From an uncultured Actinomycetes bacterium (GTDB lineage: Bacteria > Actinomycetota > Geothermincolia > Geothermincolales > RBG-13-55-18), in the NCBI GenBank assembly GCA_937128055.1, contig CAKZMC010000060.1, forward strand, positions 687-64,686: a DNA stretch of 64,000 bases, in the 5' to 3' direction. This document shows, in pieces, positions 55,981-64,000 of this stretch (position 1 is its first letter; each line of letters begins with the position of its first letter). Below the pieces are notes generated by a model. The model saw only the letters and a list, made by a program, of their open reading frames with translations, was not told the DNA's origin and did no database searches. The position numbers and the translations under genes were made by a program.

Positions 55981-56616
55981 ATGCCAGAGACATTGCGCCT
56001 GGAGGAGGGGAACGAACCCCTCGTGGCGGAGGCTTGCGCCAAAGCCCTGGAGAAGGGGTCGGTGGTCGTTTTGCCCACCGATACCGTGTACGGCCTCGCG
56101 GCCAGGGTGGATATGCCACGGGCCGTTGGCCGCATCTTCGAGATCAAGCGCAGGGAAGCAACCAAGGCGCTGGTGGTCATGGTGGGCACCGTGGAAGAGG
56201 CCGTCGCGCTTGCCGTCCCGGGGGAGTGGGAGAGCGTGCGGCGGCTGGGCTCATTCTGGCCGGGTCCCCTGACCCTGGTGGTGAAGGCGGCTGAACTTCC
56301 CTGGCGGGAGGCGGTGGCGCCGTCATCGGCGACCCTGGGGATACGCATTCCAGACCATTCCTTCTTGCTGGGCCTGCTCTCGCTTACCGGTCCCCTCGCG
56401 GTGACCAGCGCCAACCCTTCCGGAGGCAGCGCCCCGGCCGGGGCGGAGGACATCGATCCCTCCCTCTTGGAGGATGTTGACCTGGTCATCCATGGTGGAA
56501 GGGTGGGTTCGGGGAGGCCTTCCACGGTGGCGGAGATAAGGGAGGGGAAGTTGCTTATATTGCGGCCCGGGGATATAGGCGAAGAGGAATTGCTGGCGGC
56601 GCTTTCTTCGCGATGA
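55981..56616 (+). CDS. L-threonylcarbamoyladenylate synthase (TsaC/YrdC/YwlC family)
   Basis: VVVLPTDTVYGLAARV and LTLVVK...LGIRIPDH YrdC-domain motifs. 211 aa. Confidence 0.8.
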   Translation: MPETLRLEEGNEPLVAEACAKALEKGSVVVLPTDTVYGLAARVDMPRAVGRIFEIKRREATKALVVMVGTVEEAVALAVPGEWESVRRLGSFWPGPLTLVVKAAELPWREAVAPSSATLGIRIPDHSFLLGLLSLTGPLAVTSANPSGGSAPAGAEDIDPSLLEDVDLVIHGGRVGSGRPSTVAEIREGKLLILRPGDIGEEELLAALSSR

Positions 56617-56739
56617 GTTTACGGGAACGGAGGGGGGCGCCCACGTATCCTGGTCGGACATCCGGGAAGGCGGGCAGGGAAAGCGGTTATCGCGCCCGGC
56701 GCGCCCGTGGCGGGAAGCGGAAGGGCCCGGGGACGGGGC

Positions 56740-57375
56740 ATGCCCCAACCGGCATGGCAGGGACAGAACGCAGTGATAGAGATCCTTTTCATATGCACCG
56801 GCAATATATGCCGCAGCCCCATGGCGGAAAGCCTCTTCCAGTCCAAGCTGGCCAGGGATTACCCGCATCTCGATTTCGTGCACTCCCTTTCGGCAGGCAC
56901 CTCCGCGGTGGAAGGCAACCCCGCCACCTCGACTTCCGTCCAGGCCATGGACCTCTGGGGCCGCGATATGAGCGGCCACCGCGCTTCCGTGCTCACTTCA
57001 CGGAAGTTGCGGGAAGCGGATCTGGTCCTGGCCATGGCCCGTGAGCACCTCCTTACCATCGAAAGGATCGAGCCCGCGGCGCTGCGCAAGTCCACCACCC
57101 TCAAGCACCTTTCCTTGCGGGCGGAGGAAGTGTTGGAGAGGTTGGGGGATGACCCGGTGCTGGACGAAGAGGATGCGCGCGCCAGGCTGGGCCAGGTGCT
57201 CGAGGTGCTGCGCGCTTCCGCTGCTCCGGGGGCGTACCTGGTGGATATGCAATCACAGGCCTCTGATATAATTGACCCCATTGGGAGTTCGCTGCGGGTA
57301 TATATCGGGGTGGCGGATGACCTGGATGCGTCATTGCAGGGAGCTTTGCGTGCCCTGTTCGGTCGCCCGCTTTGA
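56740..57375 (+). CDS. Low-molecular-weight protein-tyrosine phosphatase
   Basis: ILFICTGNICRSPMAE (C-x5-R P-loop) and a DP motif region. Confidence 0.8.
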   Translation: MPQPAWQGQNAVIEILFICTGNICRSPMAESLFQSKLARDYPHLDFVHSLSAGTSAVEGNPATSTSVQAMDLWGRDMSGHRASVLTSRKLREADLVLAMAREHLLTIERIEPAALRKSTTLKHLSLRAEEVLERLGDDPVLDEEDARARLGQVLEVLRASAAPGAYLVDMQSQASDIIDPIGSSLRVYIGVADDLDASLQGALRALFGRPL

Positions 57376-57480
57376 GCGGCGGCCCGGTTTTCGTGCTGGA
57401 TAGGCAGCGGACGCGGGAACGTGCGTCATGCGAGCTCCGGTGAGGTCGTTGACGAGGAAGGGAAGGCCGGGGGCGGAAGG

Positions 57481-57969
57481 ATGAAAGGCAAAGCTGGCAG
57501 GATGAGGGTGGCCCTGGGGTGCGACCACGCAGGCCATGCCCTCAAGTTGCAGGTGGCGGAATGGCTGCGGGGGCAGGGCCACGAGGTCCTGGACGAGGGA
57601 ACCTTTTCCGAGGAGTCCTGCGACTACCCCGACTTCGCCCTGGGCGTGGCCCGGCGCGTGGCCTCGGGCGAGGCGGAGCGCGGGATCGCCATCTGCGCCA
57701 CGGGTATCGGCATGGCCATGGCGGCCAACAAGGTGCGCGGAGTGAGGGCCGCCGTGTGCAACGACCTCTACACGGCGCGTTACAGCCGACTGCACAACGA
57801 CGCCAACGTGCTGGCGCTGGGAGCCCGCGTCGTCGGTCCCGGGCTGGCGGGGGAGATCGTGCGCACCTGGATGGAGACTCGCTTCGAGGGGGGCAGGCAT
57901 TCCCGGAGGCTGGAGAAGATAGCGGGGATCGAGAGAGGCCGGGAAGGAGACGAGGGTGGGCGAGCTTGA
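57481..57969 (+). CDS. rpiB: Ribose-5-phosphate isomerase B
   Basis: [15 protein letters not shown]...[14 protein letters not shown] matches RpiB/LacAB. Confidence 0.85.
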   Translation: MKGKAGRMRVALGCDHAGHALKLQVAEWLRGQGHEVLDEGTFSEESCDYPDFALGVARRVASGEAERGIAICATGIGMAMAANKVRGVRAAVCNDLYTARYSRLHNDANVLALGARVVGPGLAGEIVRTWMETRFEGGRHSRRLEKIAGIERGREGDEGGRA

Positions 57970-59206
57970 CGAGATAGCCCAGGTGGATCCCGAGGCGGCG
58001 GAGGCCATCCGCGCGGAGCTGGCAAGGGAACGCCGCAAAATCGAGCTCATCGCCTCCGAGAACTTTGCCTCCCGCGCGGTGCTGGCCGCGGCGGGGAGCA
58101 TCCTCACCAACAAGTATGCGGAAGGGTATCCCGGGAGAAGGTGGTACGGGGGCTGCGAGTACGTGGACGTGGCCGAGACCCTGGCCATCGAGCGCGCCAA
58201 GCGGCTCTTCGGGGCGGAGCACGCCAACGTGCAACCGCACGCGGGGGCCCAGGCCAACATGGCGGTGTATTTCTGCGTGCTGCAACCCGGGGACGTCATC
58301 CTGGGCATGGATAAGGCGGCAGGGGGTCACCTGACCCACGGCACCCATGCCAACATCAGCGGCGCACTCTACCGGGCTTACTTCTACGAGGTGAACCGGG
58401 AGACGGAGAGGCTCGACTACGGGGAGATAGGGGAGATCGCCAGGAAATGCCGGCCCCGCCTCATCATCGCCGGGGCCAGCGCCTATCCGCGCGACATCGA
58501 CTTCAGCGCCTTCCGTGAGATCGCTGACGAGGTGGGGGCGATTCTCATGGTGGATATGGCCCACTTTGCCGGCCTGGTGGCGGCAAAGATCCACTGCGAC
58601 CCGGTGCCTCACGCGGAGTTCGTCACCACCACCACCCATAAGACCCTGCGCGGTCCACGGGGAGGGATGATACTCTGCCGCAGCGAATATGCCCAGGAGC
58701 TGGACCACGCCGTATTCCCCGGGACCCAGGGTGGTCCCCTCATGCACATCATAGCCGCCAAGGCGGTGGCGCTTAAGGAAGCCGCGCAGCCGGAGTTCGC
58801 AGCCTACCAGAGGCAGGTGGTGAGCAACGCCAGGGCCCTGGCCGGCGCCTTGATGGAGCGCGGTATGCGTATCGTCTCGGGGGGCACGGACACCCACCTC
58901 CTCCTGGTGGACCTGCGGCCGCAGGGGCTCACCGGTCGCGAGGTCGAGGAAGCGCTGGATGCGGTGCAGATAACCGTGAACAAGAACAACGTGCCCTTCG
59001 ACGACAAGCCGCCCGCGGTAACCAGCGGTATCCGGCTGGGGACCCCCGCCGTGACTACTCGGGGCATGCGGGAGCCGGAGATGGTGGAGATAGCCGACCT
59101 CATAGCCACCGTGATCGGGAACCTGGGTTCGGAGGACGTGCTGCGCCGGGTGCGAGGCAGGGTGGACGAGCTGCTGGCGGGCTTCCCGCTCTATCCCCAT
59201 CTCTAA
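57956..59206 (+). CDS. glyA: Serine hydroxymethyltransferase
   Basis: [16 protein letters not shown]-Lys motif [14 protein letters not shown]. Confidence 0.9.
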   Translation: MGELDEIAQVDPEAAEAIRAELARERRKIELIASENFASRAVLAAAGSILTNKYAEGYPGRRWYGGCEYVDVAETLAIERAKRLFGAEHANVQPHAGAQANMAVYFCVLQPGDVILGMDKAAGGHLTHGTHANISGALYRAYFYEVNRETERLDYGEIGEIARKCRPRLIIAGASAYPRDIDFSAFREIADEVGAILMVDMAHFAGLVAAKIHCDPVPHAEFVTTTTHKTLRGPRGGMILCRSEYAQELDHAVFPGTQGGPLMHIIAAKAVALKEAAQPEFAAYQRQVVSNARALAGALMERGMRIVSGGTDTHLLLVDLRPQGLTGREVEEALDAVQITVNKNNVPFDDKPPAVTSGIRLGTPAVTTRGMREPEMVEIADLIATVIGNLGSEDVLRRVRGRVDELLAGFPLYPHL

Positions 59207-59239
59207 AAGTCGCGGAAGAAGGGCGGCAAGGAGTTCTCC

Positions 59240-59701
59240 ATGAGCAGGCCTAGTTGGGAAGAATATTTCATGTCCATCGCACGGCAGGTGTCCACGCGTT
59301 CCACCTGCCTCCGCCGCAGCGTGGGCTGCATCATCGTGGTGGAGAAGCGCATCGTCTCCTCTGGTTACAACGGGGCTCCCAGCGGTCTTCCCCACTGCGA
59401 GGAGGTCGGTTGCCTGAGGGAGAGCCGGGGCGTGGCCAGCGGCGAGAGGCACGAGCTTTGCCGTGGGTTGCACGCGGAGCAGAACGCCATCATCCAGGCG
59501 GCCTTGCACGGGACGGCGGTGCGGGGCGGGACCCTGTACTGTACCCATAAACCCTGCGTGCTCTGCACCAAGATGCTCATCAACGCCGGTATCGTGCGCG
59601 TCTACTACCGGGAGGGGTACGAGGACGAGCTTGCCGATGAGCTGGCGAGGGAGGCGGGGATGACGGTGGAACGCATTTCCTGCGGGGAGGAGTCCCCTTG
59701 A
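59240..59701 (+). CDS. dCMP deaminase / ComEB-type cytidine-deoxycytidylate deaminase
   Basis: HAEQNAI (H-x-E) and PCVLCTKML (PCxxC) zinc-binding motifs. Confidence 0.85.
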   Translation: MSRPSWEEYFMSIARQVSTRSTCLRRSVGCIIVVEKRIVSSGYNGAPSGLPHCEEVGCLRESRGVASGERHELCRGLHAEQNAIIQAALHGTAVRGGTLYCTHKPCVLCTKMLINAGIVRVYYREGYEDELADELAREAGMTVERISCGEESP

Positions 59702-60861
59702 TCTACGTCCTTTCCTTCGGGGTGTCCTTGCTGCTGGTACTCATCCTCACCCCGGTGGCCCGGCGCCTGGCGGTGTGGGTGGACGCCGTGGACATGCCTC
59801 ACGATCGCAAGGTGCACGAGAACCCCACCCCCTCCCTGGGGGGCCTGGCCATCCTGGTAGCGGTGATCCTCTCCGTCCTCGCGGCGAAGGTGCTGGTGGC
59901 CGCCGCCCCCTCCCTCGCCAAACCGCGGGGCATGAGCGAAGCCCTCTCTTCTTACCAGCTTCTGGGAATCATTGTCGCCGCCTCCTTCATTGCCGTGCTG
60001 GGTGCGGTGGATGACATGCGCCACCTCTCCCCGTGGATAAAGCTGGCCGGGCAGGTGATGGCCGCGCTCGTCCTCATCTCCTTCGGGGTGGAGATAACCA
60101 GCCTGGCCCTTCCCCGGGGCAACGTCATCGACCTCACCGCCAGCCCCGTCCTGTCCATCATGCTCACCGTGCTCTGGATAGTGGCGTTCACCAATATCAT
60201 CAACCTTATCGACGGCCTGGACGGTCTGGCGGCGGGCGTTTCCCTCATCTCCGCCGCCGCCTTCTTCTATTACGGCTCGCGCATAGGGGGGGATCCCAAC
60301 ACCCTGCAGGCCATGGTCATCTCCGCCGCCGTGGGAGGGGCGTGCCTGGGTTTCCTGCGGCATAATTTCCACCCGGCGAACATCTTCATGGGCGATTCAG
60401 GCGCCATGTTCCTGGGTTTCATCCTGGGGGCCATCAGCATACAGGGCATCCTCAAGCGCACGGCGGTGGCCACCCTCTTTACCCCCATCATCATACTGGC
60501 GGTTCCCATCGCCGACACCGGCCTGGCCATCTTGCGCCGCGCCCTCAAAGGAAAACCCTTCCATTACGCGGACAAGGAGCATATACATCACCGCCTCCTC
60601 TACATCGGCCATTCGCAACGCCAGGCGGTGCTCATAATCTACCTGTGGACCGCCCTTCTCACGGGCATCGCCCTTTCCCTGGAGTTCGTGGCCTCGAAGA
60701 CGCTCTTCTTCATCCTGCTCGCCGTGGGCGTGGCCAGCCTTCTGGCGACCACCCTCCCGCGCATGATCATCGGCGGGCGCGAGCTGGAGAAGACGGAGGA
60801 AGAGCGGGAAGAGCGGGAAGAGCGGGAAGAGTGGCATGGGGAGACGGGGGAGGGAGGTTGA
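59698..60861 (+). CDS. Polyprenyl-phosphate sugar-1-phosphate transferase (MraY/WecA family, GT4)
   Basis: 10-11 TM helices. [10 protein letters not shown] and FMGDSG motifs of the MraY/WecA family. TTG start overlapping the deaminase stop. C-terminal [11 protein letters not shown] tail. Confidence 0.8.
   Translation: MIYVLSFGVSLLLVLILTPVARRLAVWVDAVDMPHDRKVHENPTPSLGGLAILVAVILSVLAAKVLVAAAPSLAKPRGMSEALSSYQLLGIIVAASFIAVLGAVDDMRHLSPWIKLAGQVMAALVLISFGVEITSLALPRGNVIDLTASPVLSIMLTVLWIVAFTNIINLIDGLDGLAAGVSLISAAAFFYYGSRIGGDPNTLQAMVISAAVGGACLGFLRHNFHPANIFMGDSGAMFLGFILGAISIQGILKRTAVATLFTPIIILAVPIADTGLAILRRALKGKPFHYADKEHIHHRLLYIGHSQRQAVLIIYLWTALLTGIALSLEFVASKTLFFILLAVGVASLLATTLPRMIIGGRELEKTEEEREEREEREEWHGETGEGG
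60797..60832 (+). repeat. 12-bp tandem repeat GAAGAGCGGGAA x3 encoding (EERE)n at the C-terminus of the MraY/WecA-family gene
   Basis: Three perfect in-frame copies, then a fourth degenerate copy (gaagagtgg). Confidence 0.6.
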
Positions 60862-60953
60862 CGGAGAGGAAGGAACGGGACGAGGGGAAAGGGAGAGCGG
60901 GCCGGAGCGGCCGGCGGGAGGGGGTGAAGCTCACCCGCAAGATACGGCGCGAT

Positions 60954-62126
60954 ATGTACAGGGCTTTCGGCCCTCCCACCTTCCCTCTCTTCATGGCGGC
61001 CGGCGGATGGATCTTGAAGAACATCGGGCCGCGCACGCCGTTCATCCGCTTCGCCAGGCCGGACCGCTTTTCGTATCACCTGCCGCCGGTCAAGTCCAGG
61101 GCGTACGAGAGGTTTTACCGCAACATCATCGACCGCGGCCTGGGACGGGAATGGGGGCCGCATGCGGCGACCATCGCCGTGACCCACGAATGTAACGCCT
61201 CTTGCGTGCACTGCAGCGCTTTCCGGCGCTCCCGCGACGGGTCCCTGACCACCGGCCAGTGGTGCGAGGTGGTTGACCAGTGTGCCGATTTGGGAATCAC
61301 CGACGTCATCATCACGGGCGGCGAGCCCCTGCTCCACCCCGACCTCGATATCATCATACGCAGGATAGTGGAGAACGGCTGCGTCGCGGACCTCTTCACC
61401 AACGGGTACCTGCTCAGCGAGGAGAACCTGGAGAGATTAAGCGAGGCGGGCTGCGACACCATATTCGTCAGCCTGGACAGCCCCTGGGCCGAGGAACACG
61501 ACCGCCTGCGGGGGGTGCCGGGACTATACCAACAGGCAATCGCAGGCATAGAGAGAGCCGTCTCGCGCGGGATGGCCGTGGGTATCTCCACGTACATGAG
61601 CCGTGAAAAGGTGCAACGCGGTTACCACCGGCACTTCCTCGCCCTCTGCAAGAGACTCGGCGTCAGGGAGCTGACCGTCTTCGATCTCGTCCCCACCGGC
61701 AGATGCATAAAGCAGGACGAGCTCATCCTGACCGACGCGGAGCGGGAGGCCTTCCGGCCCATCCAGGAAGAGCAGTGGAAGGATTTCCGGGGCCCGCGGG
61801 TCTGCCTGATGTGTCACGTCAACGACCACCATATCATGGGCTGCTTCGGCGTCAAATGGCAGATCCACATCACCCACAACGGGTTCGTGACCCCTTGCGA
61901 TTTCACGCCCCTGCATTTCGGAAACGTCAAGGAAGAGCCCCTCAGGGACATCTGGCGTCGCATGAAGGTCCACCCGGAATACGACCGCAAGACGATGACC
62001 TGCCGCATGCAGGACGCATCATTCCGCCGCAAGTACATACATAAAATACCGGAAGGGGCGGAGCTCCCCTTCCCCATACACCTGGTGGACGAGGAGCACC
62101 GCGCCGCCGCCGGAAGGGCGGAGTGA
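60954..62126 (+). CDS. Radical SAM protein with SPASM/twitch-like C-terminal Cys motifs and about 85-aa N-terminal extension
   Basis: CNASCVHC (CxxxCxxC), GGEPLL. C-terminal CLMCHVNDHHIMGCFG...TPCDF. The start is uncertain; upstream in-frame GTG codons exist. Confidence 0.75.
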   Translation: MYRAFGPPTFPLFMAAGGWILKNIGPRTPFIRFARPDRFSYHLPPVKSRAYERFYRNIIDRGLGREWGPHAATIAVTHECNASCVHCSAFRRSRDGSLTTGQWCEVVDQCADLGITDVIITGGEPLLHPDLDIIIRRIVENGCVADLFTNGYLLSEENLERLSEAGCDTIFVSLDSPWAEEHDRLRGVPGLYQQAIAGIERAVSRGMAVGISTYMSREKVQRGYHRHFLALCKRLGVRELTVFDLVPTGRCIKQDELILTDAEREAFRPIQEEQWKDFRGPRVCLMCHVNDHHIMGCFGVKWQIHITHNGFVTPCDFTPLHFGNVKEEPLRDIWRRMKVHPEYDRKTMTCRMQDASFRRKYIHKIPEGAELPFPIHLVDEEHRAAAGRAE

Positions 62127-62268
62127 GGACCGGGCGGAAACCGCCCCGCCCCCGGGCCTCGAGCGCGCCTGTACGCAGCGGTACCGGAAACAGCGCGGGA
62201 AGCGGGGTAAGGGGAGGGCTTTTCCTGCCGCGGAGCCTGCGACTGCCGCCCGCTAAAGCGCATGCCGA

Positions 62269-62298
62269 TTGCATTCGATAAGTGGCAATATATAGAAT
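62269..62298 (+). promoter_or_regulatory. Candidate sigma-70 promoter TTGCAT-18nt-TAGAAT upstream of the GAF-GGDEF gene
   Basis: AT-rich patch about 55 nt upstream of the ATG at 62351. Confidence 0.3.
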
Positions 62299-62350
62299 AA
62301 TGAGTGATGCGCTGTGCATGTGGTGAATCGGCTCGAGAGGTGCTGGCGGC

Positions 62351-63703
62351 ATGCAAGTGAGGGTGGCTTTCCTGGGGTTCGACGACAGGTGCGCCCAACT
62401 GGTCAAGGCGCTGTCCTCCCTGGAGGGAGTCGAGTTGATCGGCGTCCTGGAGAAGAAGGTGCCCGAGCACTGGCCATCTTCGTTAAAACCGCTGCCCCTT
62501 TACAAGTCGCGGAGCAAGCTCTTGCAGGAGGGCAGGCCGGACATCCTCTTCCTGAGCGGGGAAGCGGGCGAGCTGAAGGGCCTCCCGGAGAACTGCCAGG
62601 TAGTGGATTTGAAGAAAAATATACCAATCGTAGAATTACTTTCCATTTTCAGCGAGAGGCTGGAGGAAAACCAGCGCCTGAAGAATAACCTGCAGGAGGT
62701 GACCTCCATCTGCGCCAGCGTGAACGTCGTGGAGGCGTATTCCGATCCCCTGCCCAAGCTTTCTCAACTCCTGGACCGGGCATTGGCCCTTTGCGGCGAA
62801 GGGATAGGAATGGTGCTCATGCCGGGAGAGGCGGTGGACACCCTCCAGGTGGTGCTGGCGAGGGGGGACGGGGCCGAAGCCATGGTGGGGAGGACGCTGA
62901 GCATCACCAGCTCCGTATGCGGCAAGGCGTTCGATGCGGGGGTCATCGTCCAGAGGGAAGTGGGCCCCGAAATGGACGAATTCGATTATCTGCGCGACGC
63001 GGCGATCAAGCACCTGCTGGCCATGCCCATGCGTGCCGAGGGAAGGGTGGTGGGGATAATCGGCCTGGGCTTGTTGCGGGATATCTTCAACGCCGAAAGC
63101 ATGCCGTTGCTCACCCTGCTCGCCGACCAGGCAGGGCTGGCGGTGCTCATTGCGAGGCTCTATTCGGAACTGGAGACGAACGTGGTGAAGGACACGGTCA
63201 GCGGGCTATACAATGCGAATTATTTCCAGCAAAGGTTGCATGAGGAAATCTGCCGCGCGCGGCGTTACAGCCTCAACGTGTGCCTGGTTTTCCTGGAGAT
63301 CGACGATTTCGAGGGCTATGTGGAGAGGAACGGCCGCTTCATGGGCGATTTCGTCCTCTCCGATGTGGGCAACATCATCAAGCGCAACACCAGGGAAGTC
63401 GACACCGCCTCTCGTTTCCAGGACCATCTCTTCGCGCTGCTTTTGCCGGAAACCAGGAGGCTGGGAGCCATGCGGCTGGCGGAGCGCATCCGCAAGGTGA
63501 TGGTAGAATACCCCTTTCCTTCCCGGGAGAGGAAAGAGGTGGAAGCGCTTTCCATGTGCGCCGGCATCGCCTCTTATCCGGCCAACGCCGACAACGAGGA
63601 AGACCTGGTCAAGCGGGCTCTCGCGGCGCTTGCCGCGGCGAAGGTCGAGGGTCCCGACAGCCTGTGCCTGTATTCCGATGAGGTCGCTTCGGAAAACAGG
63701 TGA
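62351..63703 (+). CDS. GAF-domain / degenerate-GGDEF protein with N-terminal Rossmann-like region
   Basis: GGDEF-domain scaffold (LYNANYFQQRL, LVFLEIDDF, RNGRFMGDFVL), but the GG(D/E)EF site reads SRFQDH. Preceding GAF-like segment. Confidence 0.8.
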   Translation: MQVRVAFLGFDDRCAQLVKALSSLEGVELIGVLEKKVPEHWPSSLKPLPLYKSRSKLLQEGRPDILFLSGEAGELKGLPENCQVVDLKKNIPIVELLSIFSERLEENQRLKNNLQEVTSICASVNVVEAYSDPLPKLSQLLDRALALCGEGIGMVLMPGEAVDTLQVVLARGDGAEAMVGRTLSITSSVCGKAFDAGVIVQREVGPEMDEFDYLRDAAIKHLLAMPMRAEGRVVGIIGLGLLRDIFNAESMPLLTLLADQAGLAVLIARLYSELETNVVKDTVSGLYNANYFQQRLHEEICRARRYSLNVCLVFLEIDDFEGYVERNGRFMGDFVLSDVGNIIKRNTREVDTASRFQDHLFALLLPETRRLGAMRLAERIRKVMVEYPFPSRERKEVEALSMCAGIASYPANADNEEDLVKRALAALAAAKVEGPDSLCLYSDEVASENR

Positions 63704-63798
63704 ACGCCGCCATCCGCGCCGGCCTGGGGGACGAACCTTCCAGCCGCGTCTCGCGATGCGGAAGGCGAAACCGCAAAAAAGTAAGCGGGAGTAATTGC

Positions 63799-64000
63799 TC
63801 AGCGCTTAAGCAGGTCCGCATACTTCCTGCGCAGTCCCCAGACGACCCTGAGGCCTTCCCAGAATATGTCCGCGCCCATCTTGGATTCGCCTCCCCTGCG
63901 GTCGGTGAAGACGATAGGCACCTCCACCACGCGGAAACCCAGGGCCTCGGCAACGAAGGTCATCTCGATCTGGAAGGCGTATCCCTGCGAGGTCACGCGG
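63799..64000 (-). CDS. Glycosyltransferase family 2 (polyprenol-phosphate mannose/glucose synthase-like), C-terminal fragment; gene continues beyond the window
   Basis: C-terminus ...MTSQGYAFQIEMTFVAEALGFRVVEVPIVFTDRRGGESKMGADIFWEGLRVVWGLRRKYA matches the Dpm1-like GT2 C-terminus. Confidence 0.7.
   Translation of the reverse strand, partial: RVTSQGYAFQIEMTFVAEALGFRVVEVPIVFTDRRGGESKMGADIFWEGLRVVWGLRRKYADLLKR

Noticed and set aside
62132-62146. GGGCGG-AAA-CCGCCC hairpin after the rSAM stop as an intrinsic terminator
   Set aside because: 3-nt loop and no U-tract. Too weak to call, though it may contribute to termination in a high-GC genome.

Overview
The window is a high-GC (about 65-68%) stretch of bacterial chromosome from a likely strict anaerobe. 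Signs of this are strong GGAGG-type ribosome-binding sites, frequent GTG/TTG starts and many 4-nt gene overlaps. Almost all of it is coding. In order it holds: a RelE/ParE-Phd/YefM toxin-antitoxin pair with a low-GC islet beside it; a secreted beta-propeller protein; a NUDIX hydrolase; an SDR; an ABC-2 exporter; a Prx-like thioredoxin-fold gene with an in-frame TGA and a SECIS-like hairpin (candidate selenoprotein, split into two ORFs by the ORF track); an aldo/keto reductase fused to a ferredoxin domain; an orphan CooS-type Ni-CO dehydrogenase; a cupin/PadR/B12-binding radical SAM group; galT-galK; sfsA; two multi-PAS histidine kinases; xth; a TetR-led CoA-ester module (DUF35-thiolase-thiolase-DUF35-enoyl-CoA hydratase plus an 881-aa FAD-oxidoreductase/FNR/2Fe-2S fusion); a group-3 sigma factor with a long repeat-containing leader; an amidase; an MCP; a PFL-like glycyl radical enzyme with no adjacent activase; a tungstate uptake and cofactor locus (MobB-like, tupABC, an extra divergent TupA paralog, moeA) preceded by a Moco-riboswitch-like leader; a LarA-like protein; a family-III CoA transferase; a truncated AMP-ligase remnant; a large HEAT-repeat protein; housekeeping genes (tsaC-like, LMW-PTP, rpiB, glyA, dCMP deaminase); an MraY/WecA-family transferase; a radical SAM/SPASM-like enzyme; and a GAF-GGDEF protein with a degenerate GGDEF motif. 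No rRNA, tRNA, CRISPR array or intact mobile element was seen. Coordinates come from ORF-track codon arithmetic. Non-ORF features may be off by 1-2 nt.
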